A stretch of 63,594 nucleotides of DNA, taken from positions 1 to 63,594 of the IMG/VR virus record IMGVR_UViG_3300020442_001396. One strand, 5' to 3'. How positions within the stretch are numbered: the first letter of the stretch is position 1; the number at the start of each line of letters is the position of its first letter. This stretch comes from a virus. Taxonomy: Duplodnaviria; Caudoviricetes. Below the pieces are notes generated by a model that made no database searches, had not been told where the DNA came from, and was given only the letters and a program-made list of their open reading frames with translations. The position numbers and the translations under genes are program-made. Of the stretch, positions 8,206 to 15,768 are shown in pieces.

Positions 8206-8357
8206 TCTCAGAAATTCCAAACGTCCCATTTTATGATTTTCCCCAGAGTCCGATTTTAATTCTCGGATTCTTTGGAATTCTAGTCGCTATGTTCACAGTT
8301 TACACAGTCAACAAAGCATACTTTAACAGTCCTTACAATCCTGATAACCAAAAATGA
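8202..8357 (+). CDS. 51-aa single-pass membrane peptide
   Basis: read manually; hydrophobic PILILGFFGILVAMFTVYTV; ATGA coupling at both ends. Confidence 0.7.
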   Translation: MISEIPNVPFYDFPQSPILILGFFGILVAMFTVYTVNKAYFNSPYNPDNQK

Positions 8358-8524
8358 AAAATCTTTGCATCCCATCATTCAACGATACTGAAGCAAAATG
8401 GCGAGAGTATCACGAAGAATACGAAGAGAAGTTTACAACAGAAACTTATCAGGCACATATTGCCATTGCTCAAAAATACCCATTCATTTATAATGAGTAT
8501 GGTTTACCTAGGGAGTTCGATTAA
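8354..8524 (+). CDS. hypothetical protein, 56 aa
   Basis: read manually; coupled at both ends. Confidence 0.65.
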   Translation: MKNLCIPSFNDTEAKWREYHEEYEEKFTTETYQAHIAIAQKYPFIYNEYGLPREFD

Positions 8525-8664
8525 TGAAGTTTAGTAAAGCAGAAATCGATTATCTTTTAGATGCAGTACGTTATCACTATTACATGAACGATGACATCAA
8601 AAAAGATATAATTGATATTAACGCAGAAATCCAAAGAAAATTACATGAGTGTGCCAATGAATAA
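8524..8664 (+). CDS. hypothetical protein, 46 aa
   Basis: read manually; GGAG RBS; stop lies inside the palindrome box. Confidence 0.65.
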   Translation: MKFSKAEIDYLLDAVRYHYYMNDDIKKDIIDINAEIQRKLHECANE

Positions 8665-8709
8665 ACTGGCACAACATGGATTGATTTTAATCTCATTACT
8701 CTTTATAAT
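8651..8709 (+). promoter_or_regulatory. early promoter module
   Basis: perfect GTGCCA-N10-TGGCAC 8651-8672; TTGATT 8681-8686, 17 bp, TATAAT 8704-8709. Confidence 0.8.
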
Positions 8710-8736
8710 AAGTACATAACAAACATTCAAACAAAA

Positions 8737-8979
8737 ATGAATCTATCAGCAACTTACACAGAACCAACAAACAGAATCAAGCAGAGAATCTTGAAAGATG
8801 GCAACTTGTCAAATATGGCATGTTGTTGTTCAAACTGGTCAGAGTTCGTTGTTGAAATCAACGAATGGGGTATTGATACTCTAGGCGGTGTGGAATTTGA
8901 TTCACTTGATGAGTATCAGATTCAGACTCTTGATTTATTCATTCAAGCAGAAAACGGTTACTTAAGAGAGGAGGGTTAA
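8737..8979 (+). CDS. hypothetical protein
   Basis: ORF track. Confidence 0.75.
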   Translation: MNLSATYTEPTNRIKQRILKDGNLSNMACCCSNWSEFVVEINEWGIDTLGGVEFDSLDEYQIQTLDLFIQAENGYLREEG

Positions 8980-8982
8980 GTC

Positions 8983-9159
8983 ATGAATGATACAGGACAC
9001 GATTATTCTTATGTAACAACTAAAGAGCAATTTATCGAAGCAGCATTTGAAATTGCCTTTGGAGAGAATGCAATAAATCGAGATTTCGATTTTAATAGTG
9101 TATTATGCGAACTTCATAAGTTTAGCGATGAGGCACTAGAGTTAAGCGAAGGTATGTGA
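8983..9159 (+). CDS. hypothetical protein, 58 aa (FEIAFGENAINR motif)
   Basis: read manually; GGAGG RBS. Confidence 0.7.
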   Translation: MNDTGHDYSYVTTKEQFIEAAFEIAFGENAINRDFDFNSVLCELHKFSDEALELSEGM

Positions 9160-9213
9160 CAATTATATTACCGTCCACTTCATGTAGTCATGGGGTGGAT
9201 TTTTCTTTATAAT
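9156..9213 (+). promoter_or_regulatory. early promoter module
   Basis: GTGACA-N10-CGTCCAC from 9156; TATAAT 9208-9213. Confidence 0.7.
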
Positions 9214-9235
9214 AAACTTAATTAAACAAACTAAC

Positions 9236-9385
9236 ATGACCATCGAAGAATACAAACAACTCATGAAAAGAGACATTCTTAAAATTGGGTTAGACGTGGA
9301 TGAAGCAACTGAAGTAGTCGAGGACGATGACTATAAGGTTACAATCGACTACGACAAAATGACAACAACATTCGAGGTTAAGTAA
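9236..9385 (+). CDS. hypothetical protein, 49 aa
   Basis: read manually; follows promoter module. Confidence 0.65.
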   Translation: MTIEEYKQLMKRDILKIGLDVDEATEVVEDDDYKVTIDYDKMTTTFEVK

Positions 9386-9592
9386 ATGAAAATGACCAGA
9401 AAAGAGTACGAATTGCTTTATAACGCATTCAAAAACTATCGTGTGTATATGAGTGACGATGACATGGTTATGAGTGAAAATATTTTAGATAGGTTATTTT
9501 ATTTTAATTTTGATCAGTTACCCGCATTTAATGAGGAGGACACGGAAGAGGATCCGCAACCCCATTTAACCCTTATAACTAATGATGAATAG
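9386..9592 (+). CDS. hypothetical protein
   Basis: ORF track; GAGGT RBS. Confidence 0.7.
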   Translation: MKMTRKEYELLYNAFKNYRVYMSDDDMVMSENILDRLFYFNFDQLPAFNEEDTEEDPQPHLTLITNDE

Positions 9593-9600
9593 AAAGCAAA

Positions 9601-9813
9601 ATGAGTTGGAATCTAATCCCTTGGTCAGAGCAAACAACTAACATAATGGCAACTATGACCTATGCCGATTTAATCGAAAAGTTACAACAATTAGATGAAA
9701 AGCAACTTAAAAAAAATGTTGCTATCTATGATGAACACCTTAATGAAAAGTGTTTGGTACATAACGAATTAATCTTTTTTGATAACAATCAATTTCCCTA
9801 TTTAAAGATCTAA
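9601..9813 (+). CDS. hypothetical protein (MTYxDLxExLQ type; start may be downstream)
   Basis: ORF track. Confidence 0.65.
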   Translation: MSWNLIPWSEQTTNIMATMTYADLIEKLQQLDEKQLKKNVAIYDEHLNEKCLVHNELIFFDNNQFPYLKI

Positions 9814-10064
9814 TGAAATTCAAGAAAGGCGATTATTACTCACTTTTTAGCATGGTAGAGCATGAAGGGTTTATTAACTTTCAATGCTCAGATTATGTAA
9901 CCTTAGTGTTAAGAGAGTGGGAGAAACCCGAAGCATTACAACATGGTGCTAGGAATAAATTCCAACAAGTGCAATTAGTTGTTTTTCCTTGGCAGTATAA
10001 AGATTTAAAGTTTTTAGGACGCAATCATTATGAGAAAGAAGAGCAATCCGCAGACATTAAATAA
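9813..10064 (+). CDS. hypothetical protein
   Basis: ORF track; TAATG coupling. Confidence 0.7.
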   Translation: MKFKKGDYYSLFSMVEHEGFINFQCSDYVTLVLREWEKPEALQHGARNKFQQVQLVVFPWQYKDLKFLGRNHYEKEEQSADIK

Positions 10065-10167
10065 CATTCATTATAGTGCATTTTGGGAACTATGTAAAGA
10101 GTTAACCGCAGAGACTTGGGAGGTCTTAAGAGAGATCAAAAAGAGACAGTTTAGACAGTTCCGCTAA
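10030..10167 (+). CDS. hypothetical protein, 45 aa
   Basis: read manually; AGGA RBS. Confidence 0.45.
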   Translation: MRKKSNPQTLNNIHYSAFWELCKELTAETWEVLREIKKRQFRQFR

Positions 10168-10245
10168 TAAATTGTAAAAACTGTTAAATATTAAAATAAA
10201 TGTAGTTATGTGTTTAATCTTTGAATATGTTGGGGAGTTATTGGA

Positions 10246-10274
10246 GTCTTAGCACGCAATCACAGAACCGTCAA
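10246..10274 (-). promoter_or_regulatory. possible leftward sigma70-type promoter
   Basis: minus strand TTGACG-17 bp-(TGc)TAAGAC. Confidence 0.4.
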
Positions 10275-10299
10275 GTATTCTCAGAGAACCAACACAAAT

Positions 10300-10328
10300 T
10301 TGACAGAAAACCATTTTTCGAGTATAAT
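10300..10328 (+). promoter_or_regulatory. consensus sigma70-type promoter
   Basis: TTGACA-17 bp-TATAAT. Confidence 0.85.
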
Positions 10329-10364
10329 AACTCTGTAAGGGTTCAGAAAACAACTCTAAGAAAC

Positions 10365-10565
10365 ATGCTTCCAAACCTAGTTGCACCTAACCAGTATAAG
10401 GAGTTGCTGAAACTCTACGAGTCTGGACAGTTACCCATAGAAGAGGGTATTTCATTGTTTCAGTTTTTAATCGATACCGAACAATGTTGGGATGATTTGG
10501 AGTTATCTAGAGTTGCTAATTATCTCATCTCAGAAGGTTTTTGTTATTATGTGTACACGCCTTAA
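10365..10565 (+). CDS. hypothetical protein
   Basis: ATG at 10365 downstream of the promoter, in the frame of track ORF 10221..10565. Confidence 0.7.
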   Translation: MLPNLVAPNQYKELLKLYESGQLPIEEGISLFQFLIDTEQCWDDLELSRVANYLISEGFCYYVYTP

Positions 10566-10574
10566 TGTAACCCT

Positions 10575-10814
10575 ATGATTTACAAAGTTTACTCAGAGCA
10601 ATGCGAACTAGTTGGAGAGTTTAGTTCAATTTATGACATGGAACATTTTATGGACGATGTTAGAAACCAGAGGGGAGAACGCTATAAGAATACCCCACGG
10701 TTATCGGTCTTTGATTATATAAAATCAATCGGTTACTATATGGAAATTGTAGAGGGTGTGACAGTTGACAAAGTGGCACAAGGGGACTACACAGGGGTTG
10801 CTAAGGGGTTATAA
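10575..10814 (+). CDS. hypothetical protein
   Basis: ORF track; C-terminus reads through the next promoter module. Confidence 0.7.
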   Translation: MIYKVYSEQCELVGEFSSIYDMEHFMDDVRNQRGERYKNTPRLSVFDYIKSIGYYMEIVEGVTVDKVAQGDYTGVAKGL

Positions 10815-10815
10815 T
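10758..10815 (+). promoter_or_regulatory. early promoter module
   Basis: GTGACA-N10-TGGCAC 10758-10779; TATAAT 10810-10815. Confidence 0.8.
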
Positions 10816-10843
10816 AAGTACATAACAAACAAAGGTAAAACAC

Positions 10844-11161
10844 ATGAGAAAAATTGAAGCACAAATGAACAAAGCAATCCGCAACGGTTCAAACTTCAGT
10901 TCATCTAATACTTCAGTCTCTCACGATAGCGAAGGCGCAAACGTTTACCTACATGGCAATCACATCGCAACAGTAAAGGATAACAGCATTCTTTTATTCG
11001 ATGGCGGTTGGCAGTCAAACACCACTAAATCACGCCTTAATGCTTTACTCGATGAATTTTCATACGGTGCTAGAGTATTTCAAAAGCAATTTGAGTGGTT
11101 CGTAGGTTACAAGAATTTAACAGAGGATTTTGTTAACGGTTTTGAACTTGCTATCGACTAG
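10844..11161 (+). CDS. conserved phage hypothetical protein (LHGNHIA...GGWQSNTTKSRLNA)
   Basis: ORF track; AAGGT RBS; motif familiar from phage early genes. Confidence 0.85.
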   Translation: MRKIEAQMNKAIRNGSNFSSSNTSVSHDSEGANVYLHGNHIATVKDNSILLFDGGWQSNTTKSRLNALLDEFSYGARVFQKQFEWFVGYKNLTEDFVNGFELAID

Positions 11162-11190
11162 TTGACAGACTACTCAAAAGGGTGTATAAT
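11162..11190 (+). promoter_or_regulatory. consensus sigma70-type promoter
   Basis: TTGACA-17 bp-TATAAT. Confidence 0.85.
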
Positions 11191-11217
11191 AGAGGGGTAA
11201 TCAATCCCCTCTTTTTT
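11191..11217 (+). terminator. rho-independent terminator ending the early region
   Basis: AGAGGGG-taatcaat-CCCCTCT plus T-run. Confidence 0.8.
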
Positions 11218-11258
11218 ATTATGTAATAATAGCAGTTTCTTATATATTATAATAAACA

Positions 11259-11360
11259 GTCGAGATCGCAGTCATAGCGCGGGTTCTCGCCCTAAAATCG
11301 CGCCCTAAACTAAAAAAGGTCTACTACCCTAACCTACAAAGGTTCCCCAGGGCACTCGAT
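11259..11360 (+). ncRNA. candidate structured RNA or cis element (~100 nt)
   Basis: GC-rich non-coding island after TATAAT (11248-11253); GTCGAG/CTCGAT, GCGCG/CGCGC and AGGT/ACCT pairings. Confidence 0.4.
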
Positions 11361-11375
11361 ATATTATTCCAAAAT

Positions 11376-11382
11376 CTAAATA
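11376..11382 (+). promoter_or_regulatory. T4-type late promoter
   Basis: CTAAATA upstream of the structural module. Confidence 0.55.
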
Positions 11383-11414
11383 CATCCAGATTCAAAAATT
11401 TTTCGGAGAAAAAA

Positions 11415-11630
11415 ATGGATCCCCAGACCCGTGTAGAAAGACAAGATGCCCGTCTATGGGCAATCGAGCAACTCATTAGACATGAAGGTATGCTAGATCC
11501 TCGAATGTATGAATGTGCCGACTATGCAACATCTTTAGGTTCTGTGCAACATTGGAAAGATCTATATACACTATGGGTTGAGTGGAAAGCAAACAATCCC
11601 TCTAACAACCCCCAGATAAACCGATTATAG
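11415..11630 (+). CDS. hypothetical protein
   Basis: ORF track; GGAG RBS. Confidence 0.8.
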   Translation: MDPQTRVERQDARLWAIEQLIRHEGMLDPRMYECADYATSLGSVQHWKDLYTLWVEWKANNPSNNPQINRL

Positions 11631-11637
11631 ATGAAAC

Positions 11638-11802
11638 ATGTCACACAGATTCTACACAACACTCGAAGAAGACGACTTTGGTGACCTCATCCTTACGATT
11701 CCCTACGAAGTGTGTGAAGAACTTGGATGGACGGTCAACACAGAACTAGACTATACTATAGAGGATAACTCTTTTACCTTGAAGAAACGTGATGAACAAT
11801 GA
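11638..11802 (+). CDS. 54-aa AbrB/MazE-like (swapped-hairpin) protein
   Basis: read manually: GDLILTIPYEVCEELGWTVNTELDYTIEDNSFTLKK fits the AbrB pattern. Confidence 0.65.
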   Translation: MSHRFYTTLEEDDFGDLILTIPYEVCEELGWTVNTELDYTIEDNSFTLKKRDEQ

Positions 11803-12025
11803 AACTGACGTAGCACAAGCACTAAATGCTGTTAACGAGTGTCTTATTGCACTTGGTAAACGTGTAGCAGATTTAGAAGAGTATGTTACTACAATGAATA
11901 TTGCTGAGAAGGTGTTATATAAACCAAGTGGGACTGATAAGTACTTAAATATAAAGGAGAACTACGATCATATCTACAAACGTTTGGATAAGATTGAGAA
12001 CGAGGGACCATGGGATGTAAAATAG
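11789..12025 (+). CDS. hypothetical coiled-coil protein
   Basis: ORF track. Confidence 0.75.
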   Translation: MMNNETDVAQALNAVNECLIALGKRVADLEEYVTTMNIAEKVLYKPSGTDKYLNIKENYDHIYKRLDKIENEGPWDVK

Positions 12026-14601
12026 TAGACGGACGTGCCAAACAAATCACTGATGTATGTCAGGATGAGAATGGATGCCCTAGATTTGAACCGATTCCTG
12101 CTGATAGGACTATCGGTATCACTTATAGAGAGTATCCGAAGAGCACTATCCGTACAAATCTGAATAATTTAAACAGTTACTCTGTCAATGTAACTGGTAA
12201 CGAAGGACAAGCTGTAATGTATCCTTCCGTTTTAGTCAGTGCAACTGCAGGGCAAAGCACCTTTGGACAGAACCCTGGACAGTATGTACAACCTTCTTCT
12301 GCTGCGAACTGTGGTAAGTTAGTTCGATCATCAGATATATGTGTTGGTAGAAGTAATGGTGCCTTTGCAATATACGATTACTTCCCCAGAGAACTTTCTT
12401 TTGGGTTTCAATCGAGTGATACTTGGTTTGCTTATATCTACACGATGAATCAGAATGCAGGGCAGATTGGTATTGCTTCTTATATCATTGAGGATGAGGA
12501 ACGAGGATCCACTGGAGGTACTTCAGACGGGACCCCGACGGGCGATCCACTACCTAGTAGTTTCATTGCAAATACTATTTGTCACCCATGTGCTAATTTT
12601 ACCTGCACCCCCGCTTCCACACAGTGCTCATATACGATTGAAAGTGATATAGATTACACTGGAGACCCCGACTGCCCCCACCCGACGCTTTTTGGCATTG
12701 GTACAGACTCTTTTAAAGTGGTGTTTACCTATGATTCTCTATCCACTACCATTCCAAACGGTGTGACGGACCTCTCAGTGTCCTATGATGGGACAAATTA
12801 CTCCGATGCATGGAACGAAGGTGAGAATGTAGGTATTCAATTTGACTCTCCACAGAATACTTGGCAAGCAGGAGACGAAGCATCAGATACTTTTACTGTA
12901 TATTCTCTTGAACAGACAGGTAAAACTGGTCTTCAAGTGAATGTTCGTATCGAACCGATCATCGATGAGTCAGGATCCACTGTAGCATTCACTGGAACAC
13001 GATGGACTATCCTAGATATCGTCTCTCCAGGCACAGGATACGCTGTAAATGACACGTTTAACATCAGTCATAGTCATACTCACCCCGATAACACTGTTAC
13101 AAACTTTACATTAACGTTAAAAGTCACTGCAGTTGGACCCATTGAGTCTCAATCTGGGTCAATTTCTGATCTTTTACGGACTGGAGACACTTTAAATGGT
13201 CATACAATCACTCGTGTTCTTCATGGACCGTCTGTTGACAGTGATTATGACACCAATGAAGGACTTTTCCCCTATCATTTTGCATATTTGAATGGAGGAG
13301 GCAACAATTTTACCAAAAATACCTCTTATACAAGTAACCGCAACCATCAAGTTACTGCAGTTGCAGGTTACGGAATCACAGATGTAGGATTTTTTGGTGG
13401 ACTTTACGAGTTTACGGAAAAATCTGTTCAGTATACTACTGGTTTTGTCGATAGAAACGCTCCTGACGTCTATAATACTCTTGTTCAACCCGAAACCACC
13501 GTCCATTTAAGGAACGGAAGAGTCGATCGCGTTGAAATTAACCCAAATGGAGGAGGATCAGGGTGGAATACACTCGGAAGAATCCCAGAATTGAGTATTA
13601 CTGCTCCTACCGTGGCGTCTGGAGAGCAAGCGGAGGTAGAAGGAGAGTTTGTTAACGGTGTTTTGACCAATGTTATCGTCACAAATCAAGGAAGCGGATA
13701 CATTGAGACCAATCTTCCGCAAGTTTCCGTAGTAAATGTGCATAAACAGTCATCTTTTACTGTTGAAGACGCTGCTGTGCGCGAATATGGGTTCGATAAC
13801 CTCACTCATTTCTACAAAACCTTCCCAGAAGCAGCGGATGCGTTCCCAGAACTCGATCAAACAGCGATTCAATCGATTTTATCGCAACATGAGACCTTAA
13901 AAGCGAATGTTGAACCCGTAAAGTCGTATAATATTGTCGAACCGAACGTAGAAATCAAAAAAGACCCCAATTATAAGCGCAGAGACCCGATGGTACAACG
14001 TCATTTTGCCAGAAGCGACGTAACACCGCTAAAAGAAGGTCTTGTTCCGAAGCAAGAGTACAATCAAGTTGACTTTGTTGACTTTGGACCAACAAAAGAA
14101 GCGCAAGATCTCAAAAAATCTACTAAAGAACTGTTTGAAACACTCAAAAATGAGATTCCTAATGATATGGAGGCGTTGATTCAAGATCAAATCCCAGAAT
14201 TTAGCGTTCATGATGAATCTTACGTCGAAACCGTGCGTGGACCGTTCTCTGAACTGCCATATGCCTCAGATCTAACTAAATACTTCATGAGACAGTTTAT
14301 ACCTGACGGAAGACAGAACGTTAACATTAGTGTTACACTTGGAGTTAAGCAACTAAACAAAGGACACGCGCATTTTAACTGTAGTGCCTTAGCATCTTCA
14401 AGAGCAGATTCAACAGACCCTACTACTGGTCAAGTTACATCATCTACATTCTCATTTCCGTTTGGTCAAGTGCCTCAAGGACCTGGTTGTCAAGATTGGA
14501 GTGCAACTGGTGCAATGAGCATCCGTAATGACTTTACTAATGCAACACAGACGATGGCAAAGGCAACTAGATTATACGGTAACCCTTATAACGTAACGTA
14601 A
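12010..14601 (+). CDS. putative virion structural protein, 863 aa
   Basis: GxGY beta repeats shared with neighbouring baseplate proteins; coupled to the PAAR gene. Confidence 0.75.
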   Translation: MGCKIVDGRAKQITDVCQDENGCPRFEPIPADRTIGITYREYPKSTIRTNLNNLNSYSVNVTGNEGQAVMYPSVLVSATAGQSTFGQNPGQYVQPSSAANCGKLVRSSDICVGRSNGAFAIYDYFPRELSFGFQSSDTWFAYIYTMNQNAGQIGIASYIIEDEERGSTGGTSDGTPTGDPLPSSFIANTICHPCANFTCTPASTQCSYTIESDIDYTGDPDCPHPTLFGIGTDSFKVVFTYDSLSTTIPNGVTDLSVSYDGTNYSDAWNEGENVGIQFDSPQNTWQAGDEASDTFTVYSLEQTGKTGLQVNVRIEPIIDESGSTVAFTGTRWTILDIVSPGTGYAVNDTFNISHSHTHPDNTVTNFTLTLKVTAVGPIESQSGSISDLLRTGDTLNGHTITRVLHGPSVDSDYDTNEGLFPYHFAYLNGGGNNFTKNTSYTSNRNHQVTAVAGYGITDVGFFGGLYEFTEKSVQYTTGFVDRNAPDVYNTLVQPETTVHLRNGRVDRVEINPNGGGSGWNTLGRIPELSITAPTVASGEQAEVEGEFVNGVLTNVIVTNQGSGYIETNLPQVSVVNVHKQSSFTVEDAAVREYGFDNLTHFYKTFPEAADAFPELDQTAIQSILSQHETLKANVEPVKSYNIVEPNVEIKKDPNYKRRDPMVQRHFARSDVTPLKEGLVPKQEYNQVDFVDFGPTKEAQDLKKSTKELFETLKNEIPNDMEALIQDQIPEFSVHDESYVETVRGPFSELPYASDLTKYFMRQFIPDGRQNVNISVTLGVKQLNKGHAHFNCSALASSRADSTDPTTGQVTSSTFSFPFGQVPQGPGCQDWSATGAMSIRNDFTNATQTMAKATRLYGNPYNVT

Positions 14602-15158
14602 TGGCAGGACATCAGGCAGCAGCACTCTTTATGGGCACATGTAGTGGTCATGGTAAGGCAAATGGTGTAAACTGGCACGCAGGACCTGGTGGAGGTATTC
14701 TATCTCCTTGTCCTCACCCCTCTCTTGCGTCATATATCACACCAAAGGGTATGGCGATTGCTGATAACTTCGCAACATGGTTACCTACAGCGCAAAAACC
14801 TCTTGTAGAGGCAGCAGTCGCGAAAAGAAATGTAATTATCAATAAAAAGATCCCGATCATTGATCAAGATGACTTGATTCCGCATCCTACGAAGACAAAA
14901 CACGTCACTATGTCGAAAGGATACAAATGTTTCACGGTAAGGAGCACTCCTGCGTGGCATTGTACTATTGGAACAGGCGGAGGCGGACGAGAACCTGCTA
15001 AAGGTCACAATCGAAGACTTTTTGCAACTACAAAGACGGTATTCATAAACGATAAACGCGCAGGTCGAATGGCAGATCCATTTGGCGATAAGAGTGTTAC
15101 ATATCCATGTTTGAGTGTTGTTGCAGGAGCAAGTAAAGACGTTTTCATCGGAACCTGA
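14601..15158 (+). CDS. PAAR-like spike tip protein (gp5.4-like)
   Basis: CSGHG, NVIINKK, PHP, TVFINDKRAGRMADP, VAGASKDVFIG; position before gp25. Confidence 0.75.
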   Translation: MAGHQAAALFMGTCSGHGKANGVNWHAGPGGGILSPCPHPSLASYITPKGMAIADNFATWLPTAQKPLVEAAVAKRNVIINKKIPIIDQDDLIPHPTKTKHVTMSKGYKCFTVRSTPAWHCTIGTGGGGREPAKGHNRRLFATTKTVFINDKRAGRMADPFGDKSVTYPCLSVVAGASKDVFIGT

Positions 15159-15164
15159 TAAATA
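15158..15164 (+). promoter_or_regulatory. T4-type late promoter
   Basis: ATAAATA. Confidence 0.7.
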
Positions 15165-15217
15165 AAGTGGGATAGCAACCCCAATAAAAGTTCTATTGCC
15201 CCTTGCAAGCGACTTTT

Positions 15218-15358
15218 ATGGTAAATCCCGATCGCGATCCAAAGTACATGAAGGAAACTCATGGAACTGTAGGTTTAGTCACAGATTATGGTTCGACTGC
15301 CTACATAGAGAAAGCAAAAAAAGAAAAAGAAGTTAAACCACTCACTAAATGGCGTTAA
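15218..15358 (+). CDS. 46-aa hypothetical protein (MVNPDRDPKYMKETHG...)
   Basis: read manually; fills the gap and overlaps the gp25 start. Confidence 0.6.
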   Translation: MVNPDRDPKYMKETHGTVGLVTDYGSTAYIEKAKKEKEVKPLTKWR

Positions 15359-15768
15359 AGGATATTAAAGGTCAAAACTTCAAGAGGTCTCGAAGATTCG
15401 ATGACCTCAACATTGCTTTGACTAAAAATCCCTTTACAAATGACGTTTACAGCGTGAAAAACGACAACGCTATTAAGCAAGCAGTTAAAAACTTGGTTCT
15501 CACTATTCCTGGTGAGAAACCATTTCAACCTCTTGTAGGTTCAAGAGTAATGGAGTTACTTTTTGAACCATTAGATGCATTTACCGCAGATGCAATTAAG
15601 CAAGAGATCATAAATACCATTACACAGTATGAACCAAGAGTAAATCTTACTAAGGTAGATGTTACACCGATCTATGCTAACAACAAGCTCAATATAACGG
15701 TTGAATATCAAATTGTTGGATTGCCTATTGTTGAATCGATATCCTTTGTCTTACAGAGACCCGAATAA
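15349..15768 (+). CDS. gp25: baseplate wedge subunit gp25
   Basis: AIKQAVKNLVLTIPGEKPFQP..GS...LLFEP...YEPRV. Confidence 0.92.
   Translation: MALKDIKGQNFKRSRRFDDLNIALTKNPFTNDVYSVKNDNAIKQAVKNLVLTIPGEKPFQPLVGSRVMELLFEPLDAFTADAIKQEIINTITQYEPRVNLTKVDVTPIYANNKLNITVEYQIVGLPIVESISFVLQRPE

Noticed and set aside
8202-8357. Hli or PsbN photosynthesis gene
   Set aside because: No ExxNGRxAM motif and no FGPPS...DPF tail.
1546-10779. Palindrome boxes read as a CRISPR array or integron attC sites
   Set aside because: Spacing is gene-sized and irregular, copies are degenerate and tied to -10 boxes, and there is no cas or integrase gene in the window.
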